Assembly: GCF_003334815.1 (NCBI RefSeq)
Contig: NZ_QOWO01000057.1
From: Escherichia coli
GTDB lineage: Bacteria; Pseudomonadota; Gammaproteobacteria; Enterobacterales; Enterobacteriaceae
Length of the DNA stretch: 13,444 bases
Reading direction: 5' to 3' (one strand)
The position numbers and the translations under genes are program-made. Position 1 is the first letter of the stretch. Every line of letters starts with the position of its first letter. Below, in pieces: positions 1-10,543 of this stretch. Below the pieces are notes generated by a model that worked only from the letters and a program-made list of their open reading frames with translations, was not told the DNA's origin and made no database searches.

Positions 1-77
1 AGCTGATAGAAACAGAAGCCACTGGAGCACCTCAAAAACACCATCATACGCTAAATCAGTAAGTTGGCAGCATCACC
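1..77 (-). mobile_element. Terminal 77 nt of an IS1 copy (IRL plus the first codons of insA), with the element body lying off the left edge of the window
   Basis: Reverse complement of 1..77 reads GGTGATGCTGCCAACTTACTGATTTAGCGTATGATGGTGTTTTTGAGGTGCTCCAGTGGCTTCTGTTTCTATCAGCT. From memory this is the canonical IS1 left inverted repeat with one mismatch. On the minus strand, from position 22 downward, it is followed by GTG-GCT-TCT-GTT-TCT-ATC-AGC (M-A-S-V-S-I-S, the InsA N-terminus). The IS1 terminus ...GGTGATGCTGCC abuts host DNA at position 77. Confidence 0.85.
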
Positions 78-898
78 ATATAATTCCATTCACCATTTTT
101 TAATTCAAACAGCTCTGGAAGAGATGACGGTTGCAGAGTCATACGTTTGAGTGGTGCATTTTCATCACCCGGGATAACTTTATATCCCATTTTTGCATGG
201 ATCTCCGCGGTACCGGGATAGGCTTCTATACCAATTATTGGGTCATTACCCAACTCAATATTAGCATTAAGTAATGCGGCAAGGGCGAATCCGGAAGAGT
301 TTGCCACCCCTGAGACAGTCATTATCTGATCAATATAGATATCAATCCTTGGCTGCTCATTGGTCCATCTTTTTGCCTGAGAAGTTGGAAGAGTTGAAAT
401 ATATCCTATCGTGGTTCCGGCGTAACCTGGAACATTGCAACCAGGGCCTAATGTTATTTCATGAACTGTATAGTCCTCAACAGGATCGAAAGGGCTCTTC
501 ATAAATAAATTTAGCCGTAAACCTTCTGCTAATTCTGTAGCAGCATGCGCCTTTTTACATATGCCACCATATATTTCGTCTAAAGCTGAGGTGATTTTCA
601 AGTTTCGATAGAGCATACGTCCTGTTGTTGTAATACCATCGGATTCTCTGCATGCTTCTGTCACATAATTAAATGGCCAAGACTCTTTACTAATATCAAG
701 TTTTCTAATTTCGACAACGCTTTTTCCATCGTAATTATGGTTATTGCCACGAGCAAGAGGCAGAAGATAGATATTTTCCGTATCCAGGCGTGCACGTTCA
801 TATTTACGTGTTAACTCACTGTCGACTTTTGGATGATGAAGGAAGTGATTATCTGTAATAATTTGGCTCTGAAGGGTATTGCTTAATGGCATAGACAT
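56..898 (-). CDS. yjiC: Uncharacterized protein YjiC, whose 3' end is fused to IS1 so that the last six codons and the stop come from the IS1 terminus
   Basis: 280-aa ORF with ATG at 898 and an AAGG box about 8 nt upstream. Its position, divergent from iraD across a long AT-rich region, matches K-12 synteny. The C-terminal ...EWNYM-VMLPTY-stop is read from GGTGATGCTGCCAACTTACTGA, the IS1 inverted repeat, so the native C-terminus is displaced. AT-rich composition. Function unknown. Confidence 0.7.
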   Translation of the reverse strand: MSMPLSNTLQSQIITDNHFLHHPKVDSELTRKYERARLDTENIYLLPLARGNNHNYDGKSVVEIRKLDISKESWPFNYVTEACRESDGITTTGRMLYRNLKITSALDEIYGGICKKAHAATELAEGLRLNLFMKSPFDPVEDYTVHEITLGPGCNVPGYAGTTIGYISTLPTSQAKRWTNEQPRIDIYIDQIMTVSGVANSSGFALAALLNANIELGNDPIIGIEAYPGTAEIHAKMGYKVIPGDENAPLKRMTLQPSSLPELFELKNGEWNYMVMLPTY

Positions 899-1570
899 AA
901 TAGTTACCTTTTATGAGTATTTCACTGATGTTTAGAAAAATAGATAAATTTTTCTGTAGTAAAATGAGAAGTAAACAAATGACATGCATGTTTCTGTTGT
1001 AGTGATATCAACTCTACACGGTGATATTAAAGGGTAGGAAACACTCTAAAGTATCAAAAAACGCTCATTTGAAATTATTTTCATGCAATTTAAAAGCATA
1101 TCTTATTACTAATTGGAATTTGATGTTGCTATATTGATGTCTATATTAATAATGCCTGTGAATGGTATTTTTGATGTATTTGATATGTTATCAATTTATA
1201 TTATTTACAAACTAATTGTTTCAAATAATACATGGCTGATTATGCGGAAATAAATAATTTCACACCGGAATTAAGTAGCGGTGGTGACAAGTATTTTCAT
1301 CTACGTAACTATTCGGAATATTCAGAATATACTAGCGGTTTTTTTTTGAGTTTGATGATTTTTATCAAATCATGACTTTTTTCCTGAAAAGTCAGTAGAT
1401 ATTCATAGGCAAGTAAGGTTTTATACTTTGCTGACAGGATTCAGGCCTGTCTCAGACTGACATGGATGTAATGAACAAAAGGGAATGGCTATGGAAAATG
1501 AGCATCAATACAGTGGTGCCCGGTGTTCAGGGCAAGCCGCATATGTTGCTAAACGTCAGGAGTGCGCAAA
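899..1570. promoter_or_regulatory. Long AT-rich divergent intergenic and control region between yjiC and iraD, expected to hold the iraD promoters
   Basis: About 670 bp without a long ORF, with very high AT content and A/T tracts (for example TTTTTTTTT at 1339-1347). Contains several short inverted repeats: TGACTTTT-N6-AAAAGTCA at 1373..1394, TGATTT-N5-AAATCA near 1355..1371, and AGAAAAAT-N6-ATTTTTCT near 930-955. A strong SD (AGGAG, 1557-1561) precedes the iraD ATG at 1571. Confidence 0.6.
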
Positions 1571-1963
1571 ATGATGCGCCAATCACGTCAGGCTGTTTTA
1601 CCTGAAATTTCAGGCAATAAAACGTCATCGCTGCGTAAATCAATATGTAGCGATCTCCTCACTCTTTTTAATTCTCCTCATTCGGCATTACCGTCATTAC
1701 TTGTTTCAGGCATGCCCGAGTGGCAAGTGCATAACCAGAGCGACAAACATCTCCAGAGCTGGTATTGCCGTCAGCTGCGTTCTGCACTGTTATTTCATGA
1801 GCCACGGATTGCGGCGTTGCAGGTCAATCTGAAAGAAGCGTACAGCCACACGCTGGCGATCAGCCTTGAGATAATGCTGTACCACGACGATGAACCGCTA
1901 ACGTTTGATCTGGTCTGGGATAATGGCGGTTGGCGTAGTGCGACCCTCGAGAATGTCAGCTAA
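1571..1963 (+). CDS. iraD: Anti-adaptor protein IraD, which inhibits RssB-mediated RpoS degradation; a gp25/TssE-like fold family member
   Basis: The ORF-track entry 1562..1963 starts at a GTG. An ATG at 1571 preceded by AGGAG 9 nt upstream gives a 130-aa product [21 protein letters not shown]...[10 protein letters not shown]. This matches my recollection of E. coli IraD in both length and sequence. Confidence 0.85.
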   Translation: MMRQSRQAVLPEISGNKTSSLRKSICSDLLTLFNSPHSALPSLLVSGMPEWQVHNQSDKHLQSWYCRQLRSALLFHEPRIAALQVNLKEAYSHTLAISLEIMLYHDDEPLTFDLVWDNGGWRSATLENVS

Positions 1964-2867
1964 GTACAATCTCCAGCTCGCGCAGTTCACGCCAGAAGCG
2001 TTCGGCAACTGGATTCATGCGGGTATTCATTCGGTATGCATAGGCCTGAATCGGGATCACCAGTTCGTCCCGATTCAGTACAACGAGCTGCCCGCTGCGA
2101 ATTTCTTGTTGGATGGCGTACTCCGGCAGCCAGGCAATCCCACAGCCGTCGAGGGCAACCTGCTTTAAAAGCTCGCTCATCGAAGAGACAAAAAAGGTGC
2201 TGAAACTTAACTCACTGTGGCGCGTCAGGGTGCGATTAATCAATCGCCCCATGTAGGAGTTGCGGCTGTAATTCAGTAACGGAAAGTGTGGCTGCGCGAG
2301 GTTAAAAAGTGCTTCTCCGTGTTCGTCACTGGCGCAGACAGGGAACAATTGAGATTCAAATAAGCGAATGTGGTCAAACGGCGCTTCCAGCAAATCTTCG
2401 TCGTGAAAGGAAAAAATACAGTCACTTTGCCCTTCACGCAGTTTATCGACCGCTTCATCGACATCAATAGCTTCAATTGCCCAGGTAAAGAGCGGCGGCA
2501 TCTGGCTGATAATGGACGGTAACAGCCCGAGGGAAAGAGAGTGTGCAGCGGCTATTTTAATTTTGCGTTGCGCGTAATCGCTGCCACCACGGAGTTCTGC
2601 AAGGTTGCTCTCTAACTGTTGCAACAGATGGCGGATCTGCGAATGGAATATTTTACCTTGTTCCGAGAGTTGCAGCGGCGTCACCTGGCGGTTAAACAAT
2701 TCAACGCCAATCGCCTGTTCCAGCGCACGGATGCGGCGGCTGAATGCCGGTTGCGAGACGTTGCGACTGACTGCTGCCTGGGAAAAATTGCGGCATTTTT
2801 CCAGGGTCAGAAAATCATAAAGCCATTTAGTTTCAATATTATGCAAAACCGCACCACAGTCATCCAT
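1956..2867 (-). CDS. hypT: LysR-family transcriptional regulator (HypT/YjiE, hypochlorite-responsive)
   Basis: 303-aa ORF. The N-terminal helix-turn-helix is typical of LysR-type regulators (...[41 protein letters not shown]...) and is followed by a LysR substrate-binding-like region. Its length and its position between iraD and iadA match yjiE/hypT. The 3' end overlaps the iraD 3' end by 8 nt, convergently. Confidence 0.85.
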   Translation of the reverse strand: MDDCGAVLHNIETKWLYDFLTLEKCRNFSQAAVSRNVSQPAFSRRIRALEQAIGVELFNRQVTPLQLSEQGKIFHSQIRHLLQQLESNLAELRGGSDYAQRKIKIAAAHSLSLGLLPSIISQMPPLFTWAIEAIDVDEAVDKLREGQSDCIFSFHDEDLLEAPFDHIRLFESQLFPVCASDEHGEALFNLAQPHFPLLNYSRNSYMGRLINRTLTRHSELSFSTFFVSSMSELLKQVALDGCGIAWLPEYAIQQEIRSGQLVVLNRDELVIPIQAYAYRMNTRMNPVAERFWRELRELEIVLS

Positions 2868-2880
2868 TACGTTTTACTCT

Positions 2881-2925
2881 GTCAGCCGCCCTTGCGGGCA
2901 TTCTACGTCCATTCGGGCGGCTGAC
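2881..2925 (-). terminator. Stable stem-loop between the iadA 3' end and the hypT 5' end: 11-bp perfect stem GTCAGCCGCCC / GGGCGGCTGAC with a 23-nt loop
   Basis: Perfect inverted repeat at 2881-2891 and 2915-2925, lying in the 64-nt gap between the iadA stop (2932) and the hypT start (2867). On the transcribed minus strand no clean U-tract follows it. It may be a partial terminator, an RNA-stabilising hairpin or a protein site rather than a canonical intrinsic terminator. Confidence 0.4.
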
Positions 2926-2931
2926 AACCGT

Positions 2932-4104
2932 TTATGCCGTTTCAAACGTTCCTTTCACGCAGGCTTTGCCGTCTTTGACCATCAGCTTGCCGCGAGCGTA
3001 TACCTGCTCAATGCGTAATTCTGGCGTCATGACCAGTAAGTCTGCGTCATTGCCTGGCAGAATTTCGCCTTTCCCGCTCAGGTTAAGGAAACCGGCTACG
3101 CTACTGGTGAGCGGGCGCAGGGCATCGCTGATACTGAAATCATAATCTTTGACCAGCACCTGCACGGTTTCCAGCAACGTTTCAAAACCGGCAACACCGA
3201 TATGGGTTAAATTCCCTTCGTCATCGAAGAACGGCTGGCTACCGTTGCCGTCGGAGCTGAGGGTGACGCGTGCCAGCGGAATACCCGCCTGAACGGCGCG
3301 GGCAATACCTTCGGCAGGGGCGACTGGTTCGTCAATGCTGCTGGTGATATCGATGGTGCCGCCTTTGCGCGCGAACTCCAGCGCCTGCTCAAACAACGGA
3401 ACGTTGCGGTTAACGTGGGTCGGCAGCAACTTGCTAATCGGCACATCGCAGTTTTCCAGCAGGTCATAGACAGGCTGTAACGCCTTTTTGCTGTCGCCCA
3501 TGTGGAACACGGTGACGCCAGGTTTACCGCCGAGCAAACCGCCAACGCGGGATTCCGCCGCCATATTAGCCAGGTGATAAACGTCCGGTGCGGCAGAACG
3601 GTGATCAGAGATGGCGCATTTCACGCCAATCACGCGATCGATAATCGCCACGTCTTTTTCCACGGAACCCGTAATAGTGCGGGAAGGGACATGATAAGCG
3701 CCGGTCAGCATCCAGGCGCTGATGCCTTCTTCATTGAGCGCACGGGTCTTGGCGAGCAGGGATTCCGGGTGGCGAGAGATAGAGTCGGTGCCCAGCAGAC
3801 CAACCACTGACGTGACGCCTGCTTCCGTCAGACGACTTAACGCCACTTCCGGCGTGCGCGTCGTGGGACCTGCTTCGCCGCCACCGCCAATCAAATGGAC
3901 GTGTTGATCAATAAAACCTGGGCAGAGGATCTGCCCGCTGAGATCGACAACCGTGCAGTCCGGTACAATGTCAGAAGGGATATTACTGGCAACGGCGATA
4001 ATTTTGCCGTTAGCGACGAGGACATCGCAAATTCCCCGATCTTCCGGCGCATACAAATGCGCTCCCTGCAGCAGGGTAAAACCGGCTGCGGTATAATCAA
4101 TCAT
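2932..4104 (-). CDS. iadA: Isoaspartyl dipeptidase (beta-aspartyl dipeptidase) of the amidohydrolase superfamily
   Basis: 390-aa ORF MIDYTAAGFTLLQGAHLYAPEDRGICDVLVANGKIIAV... with metal-binding HxH-type motifs of the amidohydrolase fold (FIDQHVHLIGGGGE). Strong SD (AAGGAG, 5-nt spacer) before the ATG at 4104. Only 12 nt downstream of the yjiG stop. Confidence 0.9.
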   Translation of the reverse strand: MIDYTAAGFTLLQGAHLYAPEDRGICDVLVANGKIIAVASNIPSDIVPDCTVVDLSGQILCPGFIDQHVHLIGGGGEAGPTTRTPEVALSRLTEAGVTSVVGLLGTDSISRHPESLLAKTRALNEEGISAWMLTGAYHVPSRTITGSVEKDVAIIDRVIGVKCAISDHRSAAPDVYHLANMAAESRVGGLLGGKPGVTVFHMGDSKKALQPVYDLLENCDVPISKLLPTHVNRNVPLFEQALEFARKGGTIDITSSIDEPVAPAEGIARAVQAGIPLARVTLSSDGNGSQPFFDDEGNLTHIGVAGFETLLETVQVLVKDYDFSISDALRPLTSSVAGFLNLSGKGEILPGNDADLLVMTPELRIEQVYARGKLMVKDGKACVKGTFETA

Positions 4105-4116
4105 GGTAACTCCTTG

Positions 4117-4578
4117 TTAAACAATAAGCTGCATAACCCAGATCGACAGCAATGCGTTAATCACGCAGACCGTAATGATATGCGGGTAATATTTGGCATT
4201 CACTTCGGCTGTCCCCAGGCAGCGACCGACATTTTGCACCGGGTTGCCCATTAAATACATCGCGGGCAGTAAAACGGTGACATCGTGACCGGTTAATGCG
4301 CCAGCGGTTGCCAGACTGGCGGCAACACCGACTGCGCCACCCATACTCATTAATGCGGCTAAAAGGACGGTTGCCGCTTCACCGGGTAATCCCCACAGCG
4401 CCATTACGGGTTCACAGATATGCCCCACCCAGTCGAGCAGGCCGGTAATTTTCAGCGCCTGAATGATGACAAACGCCATCACCACGTTTGGCAGCAGGTT
4501 GGTCGTGGCGATAGTAAAGCCACGGCGCGCACCATCGATAAACATATCCATGACGTTTTTGCGGACCTGAGTTGTCAT
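4117..4578 (-). CDS. yjiG: Inner-membrane protein YjiG, a SpmB-like half of a nucleoside-recognition (Gate) domain transporter
   Basis: 153-aa hydrophobic ORF. Its ATG overlaps the yjiH stop (ATGA at 4575-4578). Its position between yjiH and iadA matches K-12. Confidence 0.8.
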   Translation of the reverse strand: MTTQVRKNVMDMFIDGARRGFTIATTNLLPNVVMAFVIIQALKITGLLDWVGHICEPVMALWGLPGEAATVLLAALMSMGGAVGVAASLATAGALTGHDVTVLLPAMYLMGNPVQNVGRCLGTAEVNAKYYPHIITVCVINALLSIWVMQLIV

Positions 4579-5258
4579 GCTTGCGCTCCTTGCGTTGGGT
4601 TGCGACGTTCTTCGAAGTTAAGCCAGACGCGCAAAATGTTGGCTCCGACAAATTTAAACACCAGGATGACTGCTAAAGGTACGATTACGGACGTGCCCAG
4701 AAAGGCAAACACCGCGACGCCGGAAGAGAAGTAGTTGGTGATAATGGCGCTACCGCTGGTTTGATATGCGGCGAAAATCACTTTATCGCGTTCGGTAATT
4801 TCACCTTCCTGCGCCAGCTCTTTGGTCATACCTGCGGCGGCATCGGTGTTTTGCAGGTTAGCGATCAGCGCCAGCGAGCAGATCCCTGGAATGCCCAACA
4901 ACGGTTTTAGCACTGGCGTCATTAACTGCTGCGCGGCGCGTAATCCGCCAAGACCATCGGTAATTGAAATAATCCCCAGAGAGAGAATGACTGACGGTGC
5001 CAGCTCCAGCGCAAAGAGAAAGCCATCTTTAGCCCCCGCGCCACCCGCGCCGCGAAACGAGGTGGTGGCTCCGTTCGCACCAGGCAGTTGCCCAAACGAT
5101 CCGTTCAGAACGGAAAAATCAAAAACGCGCCACCAACTGTCTGTCCCGGAAAAAACACCGGAAAAAAAGATTATGGTGAGAAAAAAAGCCAGATACCCTT
5201 TAATGCCCACTTTTTCTGTCGCCAGCTCCCCGGCTACAGCATCCCCTTGTTGTGTCAT
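4575..5258 (-). CDS. yjiH: Inner-membrane protein YjiH, a SpmA-like nucleoside-recognition domain half
   Basis: The ORF track gives 231 aa from an ATG at 5270 with no SD. An ATG at 5258 (MTQQGDAVAG...) has a GGGGA box 5 nt upstream and gives 227 aa, which fits what I recall for YjiH. Hydrophobic; coupled to yjiG. Confidence 0.7.
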   Translation of the reverse strand: MTQQGDAVAGELATEKVGIKGYLAFFLTIIFFSGVFSGTDSWWRVFDFSVLNGSFGQLPGANGATTSFRGAGGAGAKDGFLFALELAPSVILSLGIISITDGLGGLRAAQQLMTPVLKPLLGIPGICSLALIANLQNTDAAAGMTKELAQEGEITERDKVIFAAYQTSGSAIITNYFSSGVAVFAFLGTSVIVPLAVILVFKFVGANILRVWLNFEERRNPTQGAQA

Positions 5259-5299
5259 AACAATCCCCATTGTTTTTTTGTGTTTGTGTGTTGCTTGAG

Positions 5300-5315
5300 C
5301 CAGGAAAATTCCTGG
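5300..5315. promoter_or_regulatory. Perfect 16-bp palindrome CCAGGAAAATTCCTGG in the divergent yjiH/kptA intergenic region; candidate operator
   Basis: Read directly: CCAGGAA-AA-TTCCTGG, a 7-bp inverted repeat with a 2-bp centre, inside the 249-bp region between the yjiH start (5258) and the kptA start (5508). A second small hairpin, CTATGC-GTTTTTT-GCATAG, lies at 5372-5390. Confidence 0.4.
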
Positions 5316-5507
5316 AGCTGAAAAACCTTATCAGCCATGTGGGTATGGGGAAAATGCAAGTATGTTTCTGACTATGCGTTTTTTGCATAGCGGTAAAATT
5401 ACGCTGTGTGGAAAAGGTTCTACGCAGGATTGAGTTGCAGAAAATTCATAAACCCAGTGACAATGACATAGTAAATAAAAAACAGATAATCCAGGGACGA
5501 AAACGCG

Positions 5508-6062
5508 ATGGCAAAGTACAACGAAAAAGAGCTGGCGGATACGAGCAAGTTTTTAAGTTTTGTCCTCCGACACAAACCGGAGGCGATTGGTATCGTACTG
5601 GACCGTGAAGGATGGGCGGATATCGATAAGCTCATACTTTGTGCCCAAAAAGCGGGCAAGCGGTTAACCCGTGCATTGCTGGATACCGTGGTTGCCACCA
5701 GCGATAAAAAGCGTTTTAGTTATTCCAGTGATGGTAGGTGCATCCGCGCGGTTCAGGGGCATTCGACTTCGCAGGTCGCTATTTCCTTTGCCGAAAAAAC
5801 ACCGCCACAGTTTCTCTACCACGGTACGGCAAGCCGTTTCCTTGACGAGATAAAAAAACAGGGGCTGATTGCAGGTGAGCGTCACTACGTACATCTCTCT
5901 GCTGATGAAGCAACGGCACGCAAAGTGGGAGCAAGACACGGATCGCCGGTTATTTTAACCGTCAAAGCACAGGAAATGGCGAAACGAGGCCTCCCTTTCT
6001 GGCAAGCGGAAAACGGGGTCTGGCTGACATCAACGGTTGCGGTCGAATTTCTTGAGTGGTAA
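5508..6062 (+). CDS. kptA: RNA 2'-phosphotransferase KptA, a Tpt1-family enzyme
   Basis: 184-aa [46 protein letters not shown]... with conserved Tpt1/KptA catalytic-region residues (R..H..R pattern: VLRHKPE, VQGHS, YHGT, VHLS). The 3' end overlaps the yjiJ 3' end by 33 nt. Confidence 0.9.
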   Translation: MAKYNEKELADTSKFLSFVLRHKPEAIGIVLDREGWADIDKLILCAQKAGKRLTRALLDTVVATSDKKRFSYSSDGRCIRAVQGHSTSQVAISFAEKTPPQFLYHGTASRFLDEIKKQGLIAGERHYVHLSADEATARKVGARHGSPVILTVKAQEMAKRGLPFWQAENGVWLTSTVAVEFLEW

Positions 6063-7253
6063 GGGAAACACTCCCCATGAAGTGACCACTTGCAGCTTAA
6101 ATAATTGTACTGTGCTGATAAGCGCAGCAATAAACAACGCCGCCGCGCCGCAGAGAGTGGCGCCGGCAAGCGCCGATGTTCCATTGCCGAGCATACTGGT
6201 CAGCGCCGGGCCGAGGATTTGTCCAATGCCGTAAATGAGCGTCACAAAGCCTAAAAGATTGAGATTTCCCGGTACGCTCAGTTGGCGGGCGATAGTCATC
6301 ACCAGAGATGTCGTGCCCATAAAGGTACCGCCAAAACCAAGACTGCTGATGATAAGCAAGAGAGGCGAGTCGCTGGCGAGAGTAAGCAGCACACAGATAG
6401 CCTGCACCAGCAAATTCGCCGTCAGGCAGGGCAAAGCCCCCCAACGTTTTGCTGCCCATAGCCAGCCAAAGCAACCAGGCACAATTGATAAGCCGACTAA
6501 CGTCCAGAGATGGGCGGTTAACAATGGTGAGCCTGCATCTTTCGCCATGAGCGGCAGGTAAGTCGCGACGATGATATAACCAAATCCCGCCAGGCCGTAC
6601 AGAATAGCCAGTAACCACCAGCTCATTATCTGTTGCTCCGTTTTTGCCAATGGCATTGGTGTGATGGCGTGTTTTTTCGAGGGCATTAAAAGCGTAAGTG
6701 CAATCAGCATCATGCCAGAAAGCGCCCCGGCGCCTTGCCATAACGTTTGCGAGGAGAGGTCAAAATGCAGGCCTGCCAGAACATATTCATTGCCCAGTGC
6801 GATGCCAATGCCAACGCCAGAAAACAAAGCTGCCAGCACAAAAGGATGGCGCGTGTGCTGCATAATCAGCGTCGAACCAAAAATCAGCATACCGGCGCTG
6901 GCGACACCCGCCAGGACGCGAATCAATAACACCAGAATAAATGGCAGCAACCATGCCATTGCGAGGATCAACAACCCGCTCGCCAGGGCAGAAGCCAACA
7001 GAAATGGGCGCAGGCGCGATGGCTGGTGAAATGCGCCAAACGAAAATAGCAGACTGCCAGCCAGATACCCCGCATAGTTGCCGCTGGCAATCCACGAGAG
7101 CTGGCTAAATGAAAACGATCCTTCCGCCATCATGACGGGCAACATAGGCGTATAAAGGAAGCGGCCTAAACCCATACCTAAGGTCAGAACCAGCATCCCG
7201 AAAAGCGCGGTGCTGAAAGAAAAGCGTTCTACGGGATGCGAGGGCGAAGGCAT
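6030..7253 (-). CDS. yjiJ: Major-facilitator-type inner-membrane transporter YjiJ (DUF1228/MFS-like)
   Basis: 407-aa ORF with about 12 predicted hydrophobic helices. ATG at 7253 with an AAGG box 6 nt upstream. Convergent overlap with kptA (6030..6062). The exact start is uncertain, since the K-12 product may be shorter. Confidence 0.75.
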   Translation of the reverse strand: MPSPSHPVERFSFSTALFGMLVLTLGMGLGRFLYTPMLPVMMAEGSFSFSQLSWIASGNYAGYLAGSLLFSFGAFHQPSRLRPFLLASALASGLLILAMAWLLPFILVLLIRVLAGVASAGMLIFGSTLIMQHTRHPFVLAALFSGVGIGIALGNEYVLAGLHFDLSSQTLWQGAGALSGMMLIALTLLMPSKKHAITPMPLAKTEQQIMSWWLLAILYGLAGFGYIIVATYLPLMAKDAGSPLLTAHLWTLVGLSIVPGCFGWLWAAKRWGALPCLTANLLVQAICVLLTLASDSPLLLIISSLGFGGTFMGTTSLVMTIARQLSVPGNLNLLGFVTLIYGIGQILGPALTSMLGNGTSALAGATLCGAAALFIAALISTVQLFKLQVVTSWGVFPLPLKKFDRNR

Positions 7254-7277
7254 GTTTAACCTTGTTTGTCATTTTTG

Positions 7278-7298
7278 TTGTTAACAAGTTAATAACAA
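7278..7298. promoter_or_regulatory. Overlapping palindromes TTGTTAACAA / TTGTTA-N9-TAACAA in the yjiJ upstream region
   Basis: The perfect 10-bp palindrome TTGTTAACAA at 7278-7287 is extended to TTGTTAACAAGTTAATAACAA. It sits in the 67-nt gap between the yjiK stop and the yjiJ start, 25-45 nt upstream of the yjiJ ATG. Confidence 0.3.
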
Positions 7299-7320
7299 AA
7301 AGGTGAAACATGCCAGCCTG

Positions 7321-10428
<3,108 letters not shown>

Positions 10429-10543
10429 GATTTTCCTTCCCCGTACCACGGGAGATAATGAAAAGAGGCCACATTATTACCATTCTTTTAGTGTGGTTTA
10501 TTTGATCTCTCTCGCGGTTAGCCACTTAGTTTTTCATGGATTT

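Noticed and set aside
274-504. 76-aa plus-strand ORF inside yjiC
   Set aside because: Antisense to the yjiC frame. No SD or conservation argument.
1462-1600. Alternative 46-codon frame starting at ATG 1462 and running into iraD
   Set aside because: Out of frame with iraD and lacking an SD. The 1485/1491 frame with the ATGA junction was preferred as the only leader-ORF candidate.
3207-3907. Several 60-120 aa ORFs on both strands inside iadA (3207..3545, 3502..3810, 3722..3907, 3891..4100, 3895..4254)
   Set aside because: All are nested in the high-GC iadA gene, where long stop-free alternative frames are expected by chance. The iadA frame has the clear amidohydrolase motifs.
4822-5298. 158-aa plus-strand ORF antisense to yjiH, plus ORFs 5088..5321 and 5200..5388
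   Set aside because: Antisense or overlapping frames of the yjiH coding region and its promoter. Pro/Ala/Arg-rich translations, no SD.
6097-6741. 214-aa minus-strand ORF in an alternative frame inside yjiJ
   Set aside because: Same strand but out of frame with the membrane-protein frame, which has clear hydrophobic helix periodicity. The translation is Arg/Trp-rich nonsense and is most likely a chance open frame.
10429-10543. Possible terminator between yjiN and yjiM (CCACA-N21-TGTGG followed by a T-rich run)
   Set aside because: The stem is only 5 bp with a very large loop and a weak U-tract on the transcribed strand. It is more likely just the yjiM promoter/RBS spacer, so it was not called.
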